This document shows, in pieces, positions 31,801 to 46,437 of a stretch of 64,000 bases of DNA. How positions within the stretch are numbered: the stretch's first letter is position 1; each line of letters starts with the position of its first letter. The notes beneath the pieces are model-generated. The model was not told the origin of the DNA, did no database searches, and was given only the letters and a program-made list of their open reading frames with translations. Location: IMG/VR virus record IMGVR_UViG_3300029989_000006. One strand, 5' to 3'. Position numbers and translations under genes: made by a program. The DNA comes from a virus.

Positions 31801-34800
31801 AGATCCTTGAATTCAAATCTGTCATATTGATACATAGGCATCATTTGATTCTGTACTAAAATATCCAATATTCTTCATCTCCATTGCAGATTGTAAAGAT
31901 TGTGCTGGAATTCTAGAAACAATAAACTGATGTGATTTCTGCCATGAAGCATAAACTCTTTCTGATAAAGTATCTAATACTCCCTCTTTGTTATTAATAA
32001 ATCAGGTATTATCTAATACTTTTGGAGATTCTCTATATCCAGTAAAGTTTTTAAAGATTGAAAATGATAGACTATTTAAATCATACTCTGTAAGGGTGTG
32101 ATCTCTATTACTTTTAACAACATTATTAATCTTATTATTCATTAAAGGAATAATTGATGAAATCTCACCTTGAAATGAGTTAATAAAATCAGAAACTGTT
32201 TCTTTAAAATCTCTATATATAACAGTACTGTGTGTATCAGTTTCTTTGATACGAATTGGATCACCTATTTTTATATAAACAATATCATAATCTGGTCCAA
32301 TTTTAATTTCTGAATTTTCTGGTTTCTTATATAATTTTTCTCCTGAATTAGATAATCTTGTCTTTTCAATATAAGATTTTCCATCCTTTACTTTTGGTAC
32401 AAGATCAAAACTGTTAACTGGCTCAACAATACCTGTTAATTCTTTAACAAATTTCACAAATACTGGATTTTGTCCACTTTTAAGATTTAAAACCAGGTCA
32501 AAGGTTTTTGTTGGATTAACAACAGTGATATTCTCACCTTTATTAGTAGTTAAACTATTATGTATATCTACTACATTAAATTCCTTCTCTAATTTATTTC
32601 TAAAATATTTTGATCCTAATTTGTTTATCTCTACAATTGATGCTCCATCATTATCAAATACTGTTTTGTATATATTTGGCAATATTAGTTCATTAGGTTT
32701 AAAAACATAATTTTGAACATCAACTAATTTTGGTAATCAGAAATCTAAAACATCATTATTGATCTTTTTTAAATCATCACCATTTTCAGCTTCTGTTCCA
32801 AAATATGCATTAAAATCAGTATGCTCACTAACAAATGGTAAAAGTTTAGAACTATTTAAAAATTCTAAGTTTCGTTCAGTCCATTTATCAAGTATATGAT
32901 TAGCTTCTTTAAAGTTATCAACAGCTTCTTTATTGTTAGGAACTATTGTTAAATTAAATGCCTTTAAGAAATTTTGTAAGATAATAAAATCTTTATTATC
33001 TGGTAAAATATTCTCTCCTGCTTTATATCTAGATAATAAGAATTTTAATTTAATAGAATCCGTATCAAATAAATTATAACTTCTAAGTTCTGTAGATATT
33101 GTAGTTTCTGTATTTACAACAACCTGTATTGGAGTTATAATATCAAAAGTTATTTCTGAAGGTTTTAAATCTCTTGGAATATTTATAATTTTTTCACAAG
33201 GTTCATTATTTGAATACATCTCTTTAAAGTCCTGATAAAGTTTTGGGGAAGATAAATTATGTCTTATTCCTTTAATTTCAACTATTTCTCCAGGATTAAT
33301 TTTGCCAACTATTGTTTTAATTGGTTTTAATTTTTTATCCAAATATTCTTTTACAATCTCCTCGCTATTTTTACCTATAATTCCTCTTTCAACTGAATCC
33401 TGCATTGCTTCTTTTATAATATCTTCTTGCTTTAAAATATTTCCTTCTGCATCTTCAAATAATTGAATGATTTTGTGTGATGGATTTAAAATAGCACCTA
33501 ATCCTGAATAATACCTTGTAATAAATTCAGAATTTAATCTTCCAATCATATGTTGAACAAATTTACCAAAGAAATGTTGATTACTAAATGGTAACATATC
33601 TCCACTTCCAAAACTTTCACTAATGATTTTAGATAAATCATTTGTTTGACTATTATTTAAATCTTTTGCAAATTCTTTTGATAAATTTAAATAAAAATCA
33701 TTTAAATTTTTATCATCAAGTGAATCTAATGTTTTTAAATATGGAGAAGCTGCTTCTTTAATAATCTGAGCAAGATTTTGATAAACTTCATTTGCAATCT
33801 GAGAAGTCATTGGAGACTGAGCTAATGTAGAAATTAACTGTGTAATTTCTTTGATTTTAGAAGCATCAGCTGTGTGATTTGCATCCAACTGTGGACCCAT
33901 ATATTTATGAGAAACAGTTGTATAGTTTAATGGAGTATTATCAATTCAATGAGTAGATGGATTTATATTTGTAGCTCCTGCTTTAATTGCTGAAAGATTT
34001 GACATAATATGGATTAATCTATTTTTTAAAACATAATTACCTTCTTCATTATATGAAGTAATAATGTTAAATAATAAATCATTAGATGATTCATCTAGAT
34101 TAAATTTACTATCAGTAGAATATTCTCCACCAAAAACAGTTCATAAGTCATAAAGTGTGTTAATTTTGGTAGGATTATATTCAATGCTCTCAAATTTTTG
34201 TAAAATATTATTATATTTTAATAATTCTAGAGATAATACATTATTTTCTATTTTAAGTTTAGAAATTTTGAAATAACTTCCATCTTTTCAGTAATATTGA
34301 TTTAGCCCATCTTTTACAAATAAATTTATATTAATAGGTAATCCTAAAGATTTTTCTTGAAGATTTTTAAAAGCAATTGATGAATATTTTGAATTTCTAA
34401 TTTTATCATTAGTTAATACGGTTTCTGCATCTTTTTTAATCATTATTCCATAAGGAGTTAAGAAAGTACCAAATTGTTTCTTTGTACCTTTATATCCTTT
34501 TCCTGGATAAGATTCTTCAACCATTTTGGCATATAAATATGAAATTACAGATGATCCATCATGAATATCTTGTTTATGACTTGTTTTAGCCATATTATAT
34601 AATTCATCCTGTAAATCACTGATTGTTGCATGATTAATGTTATTTGGAACACCAGTTACTTTATTATGTACTGGTAGTTCAATAACCGCTGTAGCAACAA
34701 CGTTTCTTTTACCCATATTAGCAATTCTTCAATGTGCCTCATTTTCAAAGTTCTTACTAAATTTATCATAATCTGTAGATGCATAATCTTCTTGTAATGC

Positions 34801-37713
34801 TATACCTTTAGTTTTATGCATATACTCACCTTTTAAGGTTAAATAATGATACTCTTGTTTAAATAAGTTAGTTGCTAATAACCATCTTTTAAGTATTGGA
34901 TTAACATTTCCCTTACTATCATAGAAAGCATGCACATTTTCTTCTTCGTTATCTACAACAAAGCTCTTATTATAATTTTCTGAATTTATTCCTAAACTTT
35001 GTAATAAATTAGTAATTACCTCTGGATCTGCATCAGAATTTTTTGTTCTTTTTGTAGAGTTAGATAATTGATCAAGTTCTTCAGCAGAAAATAGTTCATT
35101 CTTACCTTCATCTTGTAACTTAGTTATTGCATTTTCAAATTGTTTATTTATAAATTTATTAAAGTTTCCTTTATTTGAAAATATTTTATAGTAATCTCAT
35201 ATATTTTGATTTATTGCAATACGTTTACCATAGAATGTATAATGTCTTTCAAGTTGAAAATTTACATCAGGATTTTTAAGTCTTGCCTGTCTTATTACTT
35301 CTAAAAATGCATCAGATTTACCCTCGAATTGTTTTAGATATTCATTAATTTTAGTTAAATTCTCAGCAATAGGACTTGTTAAATTTAATTCTAATCCCAA
35401 ATACTTATATTGTTTAATTATTTCATGAAGATTGTCCGTGAAGAAATTTAATGATTGAGTTCTTACTAAATCTTGTAAAGCTTCTTCTGATAATACATTT
35501 TGACCAGATCTATTTCCTATAATACTTTTATTATCATAAGAAGCATTTAATCCAAATAATTTTGATAATATACTATTCTTATCAGAATAATTACCAACAA
35601 TTACTGGAAATACTTCTGATTCTGCTTCTGGTCTAGTAAATGGATTCACAAAACCATAAAAGAAATCCGATATAAAGTTTTCTAATACACTAAAAGAAAA
35701 TGCTGACTTACTTTGACCTTTATTAACTAATTCAAGTTTTATACCAGTTCCTTTTAAAATAGAATTATTAGCTAAAAGACTTTTATATGTAATGTTACCT
35801 GTTTCTTTCTTTTCAAAGTCAAATCGTTCTTTTAATGTAACAATATCATTGTTAAATAACGTAGGTGTTTTGAATGAAGGAATTTTCTCTCCAGTATATG
35901 TTGAAATAACTGTGATTGGAGTTAAAACATAATTATCCAAGAATACATCTAAAATATCCTGTATTTTAGAGTTTAATTCAGTAATTACCTTACTCTCAGA
36001 CTGAACATTTTCTCTATCATCATCATTAACACTTTTTTCATTCTCTGCAATTCTTCCTAATAAATCATTATTATTAATTGCATCTAAATAATCCAATATT
36101 TTACCTTCAACACTAGAATTATTAGTAGTTCATTGTTTTATTAATTCCTCAGCCGAAAATGATTTAATACTAATTCCTAAAGTTCTTTGAATAAATTTTA
36201 CCAAGTCAGAAGATGTACTAGTTAATTTTTTTATTCTTTCCAAAGATTTTGCTCTATCTTTTCCAAAAATAAATGTTTCTGGAGAATTTAAGAGATTTTT
36301 TAGATGAGTATACACACTTACTTGTAATGCTATCTTCTCTGCATTATGTGAGTATAATTCTTTTACATCCATTTGACTGGAGTTACCATTGAAAGTATTG
36401 TAATAAGCCCCATAGCAGTTATTTAACACTTGTGTTAATAATTCTGTTACAGGTTGAGTTTTGGTCTCCTTTTTAGCTATTTCATTTTTAAAAATACTTA
36501 AGGATTGAATAATATCAAATTTTGGTCTGAAAATTAAAAATTTCTTATTATCAAGTCCAAGAAATCCTTGTTTTTTAGCTTGACTTACCTTTTTTATGTA
36601 TCATTCATACATATTAATAGGATCCTCATTAAAAGGTTTTCACGTTGGGTCATTAAAAAGTTCTATTGAATTTTCTAATTCAAATACATGCATTGTTGCA
36701 GCTAAACTATATAAATGCTTTGTTTCTAGAAATTGACCAGTAGGATTTCCTCAATGATCATAATGTGGTATAATAGCAATAGTATTCTTTGTTAAGTCAT
36801 CTGATAAAGTTTCTGCTGCTTCAGACATATGTTCATCTTCTGCCCAATACTCAGTTTCAAATCCTTTAGTAGTTGCAGTATATTTAATACCCTGAATTGG
36901 ATCTTCAAATGTATTGAATTCAGAAAAATTAACTTTAATCTGATTTCTGTATCTTGTAAATAATATATTGTCAAAGTTAACTAACATAATAGCTGCATTA
37001 TACGCATCTAATTTTGTTCTTAAAGCTCCATTTGAAATACTTCCTTGTAAATTTGGAATCTCTTTACCACTAGGTAATATTACTAAATCTTCATCAGAAG
37101 CAATTACATCTTGAAACTTACTAATAACGGGTTGATATAATGTATAATTAATTACACCTTTTTTATTATAAATATTTCCAATAAATTTATCTTTTTGAAA
37201 ATATAAATGCCCATTTTCTAAATTACCTCCTGTATATAAATATCTAACAATTCTCTCAAACAATCTATTCTTTAGATTCTTTAAACTTTGATTTAATTTT
37301 ACTGGATCATTAATAAATTCTGAACTATCTTTATCACCAAGTTTAGTAGCCCTCATAATTAATGCATTTGAACTTTCTAAAAAGTATTTTTCAGCAATAT
37401 GAAGTGTATGAAATAAATCAGAAACTATTGGAGAGTTAAATAAACAATCAATATTATTAATTGGTCTGTTTTTATTAATTCTATTAATAGTTACAGCAGG
37501 TTCTAAAATTTCACTTAACTGAATTCCATAATCTGTAATTATAGAATTAAAAGTACTCAGTGATTGCTCACTAAGTACTTCTTGTGCTTCCATAACATTT
37601 GATACAGTTACCCCATGTTTATTAAATATGTCTAGAATTTCTTGTTCAGTTTCTATTTTACGTTTAACTAAATCCTTAATAATCTTCTGTTGTTTTTCTA
37701 TAGTACATGCCAT
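28855..37713 (-). CDS. virion-packaged single-chain RNA polymerase (~2952 aa, TGA=Trp), crAss-like/phi14:2 gp66 type
   Basis: Eleven same-frame fragments; SRIPAQ followed by QGSDFDIDK (DFDID at 31786-31800); also HDGS and SAIKAG; starts MAC, ends NYNCI-TAA. Confidence 0.92.
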
Positions 37714-37728
37714 AAATTTGTTCTTTTA

Positions 37729-40700
37729 TTAACACTCAAAGAAATCTTCAAGTGATTCATTATTTTTATATTTTCCAAAATCAATTTGTAATTTATCTAA
37801 AACATAATTCATTAAATTAGATTCTATTCCAACATCATGTTTTGGTGCTAGAAACTCATTCACTTTTATTACACTCAAGTCTTTAATATGATTTAAAAAC
37901 TCTGATAAAGTTAAACTTTCAGATCCATCTATACTTGGGAAAACTTTAGTTTTCCATTTCTTTAATAATTCTTCAAATAAAGTATTATCATCTGCATTAT
38001 CAGATTCTTTAACATCACTTAATTTGTCTTTAAATATACTAACTAATTTCTGAACTTCTGATAAATCATTATATCCAGGAATTGGAGTTAATATTTCACC
38101 TATTTGAGCAATTGCTACTTCCTTTGTAATTGGCAAAATAGGTTTAACAACTTGTTGCATTTCAGTAAGTAATGCATCAGTTTTCTCCTCAGTTTTCTTA
38201 ATTATAGTTTCTGGTTTTATAACACTACTTTTTGTAGAAAGATCAATTAATAATCTTGGACCTTCTGGCATAATTGTAGTATATACATTATCAAAAACTA
38301 ATGGACTTTCAACTCTTTCATATTTTTCAGGACCAGTTGAACCTTTTGCACTGACAATTGGTACATTAAAAAATATACTTCCATCCTGTGCTTTGTCAGA
38401 TTCTTTTGCTTCTCAAACTGAAAAGATTTTTCCAAGAGTACTATTAATCTCTTTATAACGACCTCTAATTTCAGGTAAATACTTTTCATTAGAAGCAATT
38501 ATTGCAGATTTTCTATATAACTCAAATATATTTCAGAAGTTTCTATACCATTGTGTATTAGTACTTCTAACCAATTTTAACAGTTCATCTCTTAATAATT
38601 TTCTGTCTAATGGCATATGTTTACTTTGAAAATCTTCAACTGTTTTTAGAAGTGTTTCAATTACTAATCTTAATTTACTATCTTTTTCATTAGTAATAAG
38701 AGAAATAATATCCTTTTTCATAACATCTTTAAAGCTGTCTGTGTAAGCTTTTATAAACTCAGTTGATTCATCTTCACTAACCTTGCCTTGTTTAAAAAGT
38801 TTTATATATAGTTCAGAATTTTCTGTTGCAATTTCTATTAATTTATCTAATACTTGACTACCAGAAAACAAACTATCTCTAAGAGTTTCTGCTTGTTTTT
38901 GTGTATTAGAATTAGTTAATTTATCAATTAATACTTCATCAATTACAATTTGTTTAATCTCTTTTATATATCTTCTTCTACTTTTTAACAGTATTAATTG
39001 TACTTGTTTTGGATCCTCTATGAAAGTAACTGCAGCATATGGTTTTCCTCTAAACTTTTTATATAATGATTCTAATCCTAAAATTTTCTTGCCTGGATTA
39101 TATGGATCATCAACATCTTCATCCTTTCTTGGCTCTCCAAAATTGAATTTTTCTATTTCTTCAATAAATTTAGCTTTATTAGTAGAAAATAATTCATAAT
39201 GAATTTCATTAGTAAATACTCCTCTGTTATAAAAACTAATTCCAGGAATTTTCGAAATTTCTGTTAAAGTTAATCTTTTTAATTTATTATAATTTATATC
39301 AGCACCTTGAGTAGTTATTCTTGTTGGACTGATAATAGATATATCTTCAAATTTAACTTCAACCTCAGATTTTGCAGAGGTTAATAACTTTTCATAAGTT
39401 TTAATTGAATTAGAATCTTTTCCAAAAACTGCAGCAACAGTATCTAATGCACCAAAAGTAGCTAAATGTATGTAATAATCATTATTTGGAGAAATATTAA
39501 CCTTTAAATATAAATTTACATGGTTATCATCATTCTTCAGATGTTTACTAGAATTATCAACCATACCTTTTGCAAAAGGAGCATTAGCTAATTCATCGTA
39601 TTTTGTATTGATTAATACTAACTTAGTAGAATAATGATTCGGGATATATGCTTCAGTATTTGTAACTAATCTCATAATTTCATTATTAGCAGGTAATTTA
39701 CCTTGCAAATTTCAGAAACTATATTTTAAACTTACCAAAGAAGAAGTTAATTTATCAAACTCATCTTTTGATATTACTTTCTGATTTTCACCTAAGCCAA
39801 ATATAAAAGATAATCCAGAATTTAAATTAGTTCTATCATTCTTTTCTAATAATACTTTATCACCATCTACAATAGTAAACTTAACATTAATATCATTATA
39901 AAATGTATGAAGCATAAACTTATTATCATCTGGTTTTGTTTTTAATTTATTATTTAAAACAACTTGTGGTTGGGGCACAACATGATTTACTTCATCATCT
40001 GGCTTACCAGATATAGAAACTTCAGGCGATATTTCATCAGCTTCTTCAATTACAGCATCCTTTTTGAATTTAAAATTATCATCAACTAATGAAAAATTTG
40101 GATCTAATAATTTTGTTAGTTTCTCAATTCTTTTTAATTTAGTTTCTTTAACTAAATCCTCATTTATTGGTGTAATAAAATTAGGAAAATCTTCTGCTGT
40201 TGAAATTAAATTCAATGTAGTAGAATCCAATGTATTATTAATTGACTCATCATTTATTATAATAGATGCAGATTTTGATCTTGACATATATGTGTAAAGA
40301 TTTCTTAATGCACCTAAAATATGATTACTTTTTATTTGTGAAGTTTTAAAGATAAAATAATTAACTTCTGATCCCTGAATATTATCTTGAGTAAATAATT
40401 TCACATTATCCATGGAAATATTTGCTTTAGTTAATTGTTCTTGTATATTTGGATTTAATGTTCCAGAATCAGTTAAAATTCCTATAACTGATTTTGGATT
40501 TTCCTTAATAATGTTAACTAATGCAGTTAACACTTTAGTTGGAATTATTTTATCAGTTGTAATTAAATCACCACATAAAGTTTTATCATCTAGATAATAT
40601 TTCAATAAAATTCCTTTATCAATAAATCCCATAATCTTACTAGAATCTACTCTATAATCATTAAAGTGTTTAATACTTTTACGAACCAAGGAAGAAACAT

Positions 40701-43700
40701 AATCATTATCTTCTCTTTTCTGTGAATTTTCGGCTCTAACAACTAAATTTATAAAGGGTGTAAAAATTCCAGAAACCCTGTCAACATTAAAACTTGCTCC
40801 AAAGAATTTTGCACCATTTTGTGATTGATCTCCAGCTCCTACAATTTTAATTAATTTTCCCTCAGCTCAGGCTTTCTTAGCAATTTCATTAATTACTCCT
40901 AATTCTAAAGCAGTGAAATGTGTTACTTCATCAATAAATAATAAATCTGGAAGATTTGTAACAGATTCTTTAATAGTAATTTTATCTGCATTTAATATGA
41001 TGGAATTACCACTTTGAACAGTTACATATTGAGATTTGTCTTTATTACTATTTATATCATTAATTATTTCACTAATTCCTAGTTTATCAAATAATGTACT
41101 TTTATTATACTTATTTATTGTAAATTGTTTTGTATCTATACCTTCTAAAACATTTGTTTCTAATAAATCAGCTTGATCTAATTTTGGTCCAGCCAACCAA
41201 ATAGTTAAATTAGGATTATTATTCATCAGGAATGTAATAAGTGATTTAAAAATAACACTTGTTTTTCCTGTTCCTGCATTTCCTAATACATATGAAATAA
41301 AATCCGTTGTAACTAAATCTGGATCAGTAGTTAATTTTACAATTGCTGAGAATAATTCAGGATTTACTGTTGAAGCATATAAGATTTCAGCTGCTAATTC
41401 TTGAGAATAGAATGGGACTTTGTTAAATCCTTCCATCTTTGCTTGTGCAAGAAACTTATTATTAACATCCTTTGGATTTAACACCATTGTAGAAGCCAGA
41501 ATTCAAACAAAATCTGTTCTACTTAGTTCTTTTACATCTTTAGTAATTTCGTCAGTACCATCAATATTATAAATTGAATCAATATTATTTTTAAATAATA
41601 AATCATTATCCGTTAAAATCTGCGTAAATAATTGAATTAATTCTGTATTATTTAAATTTAAATCTTTTACGTACTGATAAATTGCTGATCTTATGTTTAA
41701 TAACTGTCCTTCTTTATCATCTAGATTTGTTAACAAATCTGTAAGATCTGGAAGTGTAGGTTTTTCTTTAAAAATAACTGGTTTACGAAGAATTTCTTTT
41801 AATTCTTTTATAACCAAATTAGATGTAGCTGTTCTTGTAAGTTCAGATTCATTATATATTTTTCCTGAGTTTGATTTAGATAATTCTTTTAATGTCTCCA
41901 ATTTAACTTTAATTCTGGCCAAATCTTTAAGCATTAATGCTGCAATATCAGATGGAACTGTTTTTAAACTTGTTGTTGGTGAAGTGATTTTATTTCTTTC
42001 TAAAAATTTCTGTCTTGTAACAATAAATCCAGATGGATGTTCAAAATCAACTTCTGTTAAACTTGTTCCTTCTACAACACTTTCTAATAATGAAATCATA
42101 TCAATCGCATTACTTATTTGTGTTGTTCTTATACCTTCTATCAGATAATTTGAGATATTAGATGTTTGAAATAATGAAAGTTCTTCATTTTTTAAGATAT
42201 CAAAAATTGACAATTTTTTAATACCTGATGAGGTTAGCAAAGGTACAATTTTTTCTGAAAGAAAATCATAGATAGAGTTTGAAATGAACTGATTTTTATT
42301 ATCAGTGATTTCTTTTAATTCTGTTAATGTATTAAAATAATCTTTATTAGTATTTTTAAAATTTTTGAAATCATGTAAAATTCCTAATAAATCTCCAACA
42401 GAATCTAATAGTTCTATATGATCTAATGAAATATATTTAGGTAAATTATATTTCTGTAAAACAGTTTCCAAATCCTCTGTATCAGAACTTAATTCATTTT
42501 GTATTTTTTCTAAATCTCCCAGAATTTTATCAGAATTTTCAATTAAATCTAATAATTCAACATTAGTTAATTGAAGTTCTTTAAAATAATTTGCTTTTAT
42601 ATAAGATAATTTAGTATCTAATCTTTGTTCTATTAGTATTACTAATTCTCTATCTAAATTTTTAGATTGTTTAATCTCTTTAACAATTTCTTCTAATCCA
42701 TAGTCATTGATTTGAAAGAATTGTGGAGTTTTTACAGCGAATTCTAATTTATTTTTAAGAGTCTGATATTTATTTAGTTTATTTTTAATTGAATTAAAAT
42801 AATCAAGAAATGATTCTAATATACTTGTTAGATTAAATATATCATCATTATTAATTAACTCTTTTATATCATTATTTTTATAATAATTATTAAATAATGT
42901 AATAACTGAAAGAAGGGCTTCATATTTCTCTGTATTTGATAAATCATTTACTGACTTACCTAAAACTTTTGCCTTGTTAGCATATAAATCTTTAATAGAG
43001 GAAACATTTGTTGAGATATTTGGTGTATTTGTTAGAAAATCAATATCTGCATCAGTTAACTGTAAATCAGCTTGTTCTGTTTTTAAATTTAAATTATTTG
43101 TTATAATTTGATTTTGTGCAGTTTCTGTTTGTTCATAAGGCATCAAATTTACTTTTAATTTCTTATCATCCAATTCTTTCATCTGTTTTTCTATGTCAAC
43201 TTTCTGAATTGAATCTGCAGAATCTAATTGAGTAATTAATTGATTAATTTGTTGATCTATTTGTTGATCATATTCTACTACCTTTGCATTAAAAGTATTT
43301 AATAATACATCATAATCAATAGCTTCTGATGGTAAATATGAGGCAATTGTACTGATAAAATTGTCAATAAATTCCTTCTTAGTTGTTCCACTTTCTGCAT
43401 TAACAACTTGATTTAATTCTGCTTCTGTTAATTTCTTCCCAGTTTCATAATTAATCAGAACATCATGGTCTATTACTTTTTTAGCAACATTAGTTTTTAT
43501 AACATCTCAACTAACAATCTTTTTACCAATTTTTTGTTCAATGTTATTTACAGTCGCTCTGAATTGCTCCAGATTAGCTTCACGATGTTCAGGATCCATA
43601 TTCCACAATTCTAATTGACGAGAAATATCTAATAATCCTTTAAAAGTTTTGTCCCTTTCATAACTATATCCATTAGTCATATATTCAACTAGTTTTGGAT

Positions 43701-46428
43701 TAAAGTCTAGTTCTAATTGTTTATATGCTTCAGTTGCAACTCCTAAATATTTCTTAAAATCAGTATTTTCTTTATATTTTTTAAATTCATCATCAATTCT
43801 TTTTTGAGTTACACCAAATCCTTCTGGTTCTAAGTCATGATAATTCTTTCCATAAGTAATTTTAGTAAAAGTATCTTTATCAATTACAACTCATTTATCA
43901 CTTATTTGTTTATTTAAATACATAGACATTTGATCGAAATATTTTTCAGCAGTGTTGCCATCTAACATTTCTTTTACTTGTTTTTCATAAATTGAACTTT
44001 CTTCTTTCAATTTTTGAATTTGCTTAGTATTTTTTAATGTATCGGTTTCAGATTGTTTTAATTTCTCAATTTCTAATACAATATCATGAATTTTATTAAT
44101 TTTTTCTGTATAATCAGATAAAATAATTCCTTCAATTCCTATAGTTTTTCCTTCTTCTTTAGATTTTTTAAGAGAATCAAGAATTAAAGAATCTAACATT
44201 GTTTTTCTAATAACCTCATCATCAGATTCTCCAAGTCCTGTTGAATTAAAAATTCCATCAAGTCTTTGAATTATTCTAATTGTTTCATCAGCTACTACAT
44301 CTGCTTGTGAATAATTTTTATTCAAATTAGACATTGTACTATCTCCAACATTATCCCCAATATTTGTTATTACATTATTTTCTACATCAGCTCCTTCTGG
44401 AGTAATGTATTTATTCCCTAATTTCTTCCTTTGTTTATTAACTGCTGCTATGATTTCCTCTGTATGACCATCTGCAATTAATTGATATAAATCTTTCTTA
44501 GTATCCTGTGTTAATGCAACACTATTCTTTGGATCTAACAATGGTTCAATAACTGAGCGTTGATACTCAAACATTGCACCACCAATTACACCACCAACTA
44601 AATTAGATAAATATTTTTGAAATCCCTGAGCACTAAATGTGTCATCCCAAGTATTCATAGAACCTTTTTTCTCAGTTCATCCTAAATAAGACATTAAATC
44701 CACAACTCCAGTAGACATATCCTGAACAGCTTGTTCGGTTACTTCTTCAACACCTTCAATTACTGCATTTTTTCACATATTCTCTCCAATAATAGATGGA
44801 GTTGTAAAAATATCCTCGATTGTGTTTTTAAATTTTGAAACTACTCCTGCGAGTTGAAATTTACCTTTTGCCATATTAGTTTCAGTTGCTTTAAAACCAG
44901 TTTGTATTTCCTCCATATATGGTAGAACTGCTTTACGTAACATAGCTTTATTAGTTTCTTCAGTATATCCTGTACTTTTATCCAAAAACCAATGACCCAT
45001 TCTATTATTCATCATGATTCCATACTGTCCAGCTGCAGCTAATAAAGTAGCAAAACCTGCACTTCTTTTATCATAACCACCAGTAATTGCCTGACCATAA
45101 ATATCACTAGTTGTAGACATTGCCATATATCCTAAAGATAATCCCATAGATAAAGCACTTTGTGCTTTTTCAAATGATTTAAGTTGAGGAAGTTTTTCCA
45201 TAGCTGCCTTAGCCATTACTTCAGATTGTTCTGCTGTAATAGTTCCAGTTATTTTTGCAAAATCTACTTCTTGCCCAATTTTTGTTGCTAATTCACTTTG
45301 TTTTTCAAGTAGTGCTAATTCTTTAGATCTCATAAAAATCTTTGATAAACTAGCTGCAGCTCTTTGCTCATATAATTGGGAAAATATAGAACTAACCATT
45401 GTACCCATTTGCTCCACTGATAAAGCAGATTTACTTCCTTCCTCAGATACTGACTGTTGGACAAATTTTGCCATATAATTTTCTGCAGAGGTAGCTAATC
45501 CACCCATAGCATCAGCTTTTTCTCCTAATAACATTCCTTCTAAGGATTTGTAGAAAGTAGGTAAAATAGAGGCCATTGTAACAGCTGCTCTAATTCCTCC
45601 ATAAACTGTTCCTACTCCAGGTATTAAAAATGGGGCAATTTCTGCTGCAACTTTTACACCTATTCCTGCAAGTGATTTATCTTTTTCATCTGCATCAAAA
45701 ACATTATACTTATCAGCTAATGTTCCATCAGTAGTTAATATATCATTTGGATTAACAACTATTTTACCATAAATCTCACCATCACCAAGTTTTTCAATAA
45801 AATAATTTCCATCTTTGTCTACTTTTCATTCACCTTTTTGGTGTTTTATAGCTTTTTGGCTTAATGGATCAAAATGAGTTCCATCTTCATTATAAGTTGC
45901 ATATACTAAAGTATCCCCAAATAATTTCTGAAGAACACCTAAATCATTTACACTTTCTGTTGACCATGAATCAGTTTTAGGATCATATAATTTATTCTGT
46001 TGTGCAAGTTGTTTTTGTGTAAAATCGTTTTCAGTAATACTGTTTATTCCAGTTCTACTAAATAATTGTTTAGATGGATTAAAATCCTTCTCAAATTCAA
46101 CATCAATTTTAAAAGTGTTTGCATTTTTTGGTCTAGAAACATCAAATGGACTGTAATATACAGTATTTATATCTTTTAAATACTCATCATCAGTCATTTG
46201 ATAATAATGACTCTTTGCTAAATTATAAAAATCATTAAATTTTATATCATCAAATTTTCCATCTGCAGTTTTAAACTGATTCTGAATAAACGGACTTTGT
46301 TTATATTCATCTTGAGTTAACAAGGATGTGTTATCAGGATTGATATTTACTGATAACATATCCTGAGTTGTGGCAGTTGGACTACTTAATGTAGCAACTA
46401 ATATATCATTAGGTTTTCTAATTTCCAT
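37729..46428 (-). CDS. giant virion cargo protein (~2899 aa, TGA=Trp) with SF1 helicase domain
   Basis: Eight same-frame fragments; GNAGTGKT (41260-41283), FIDE, GAGDQSQ, QGSE, YTYMSR; N-terminal Gly/Ala hydrophobic segments and EGVEEVTEQ; ends FFEC-TAA. Confidence 0.88.
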
Positions 46429-46437
46429 AATTTAAAA

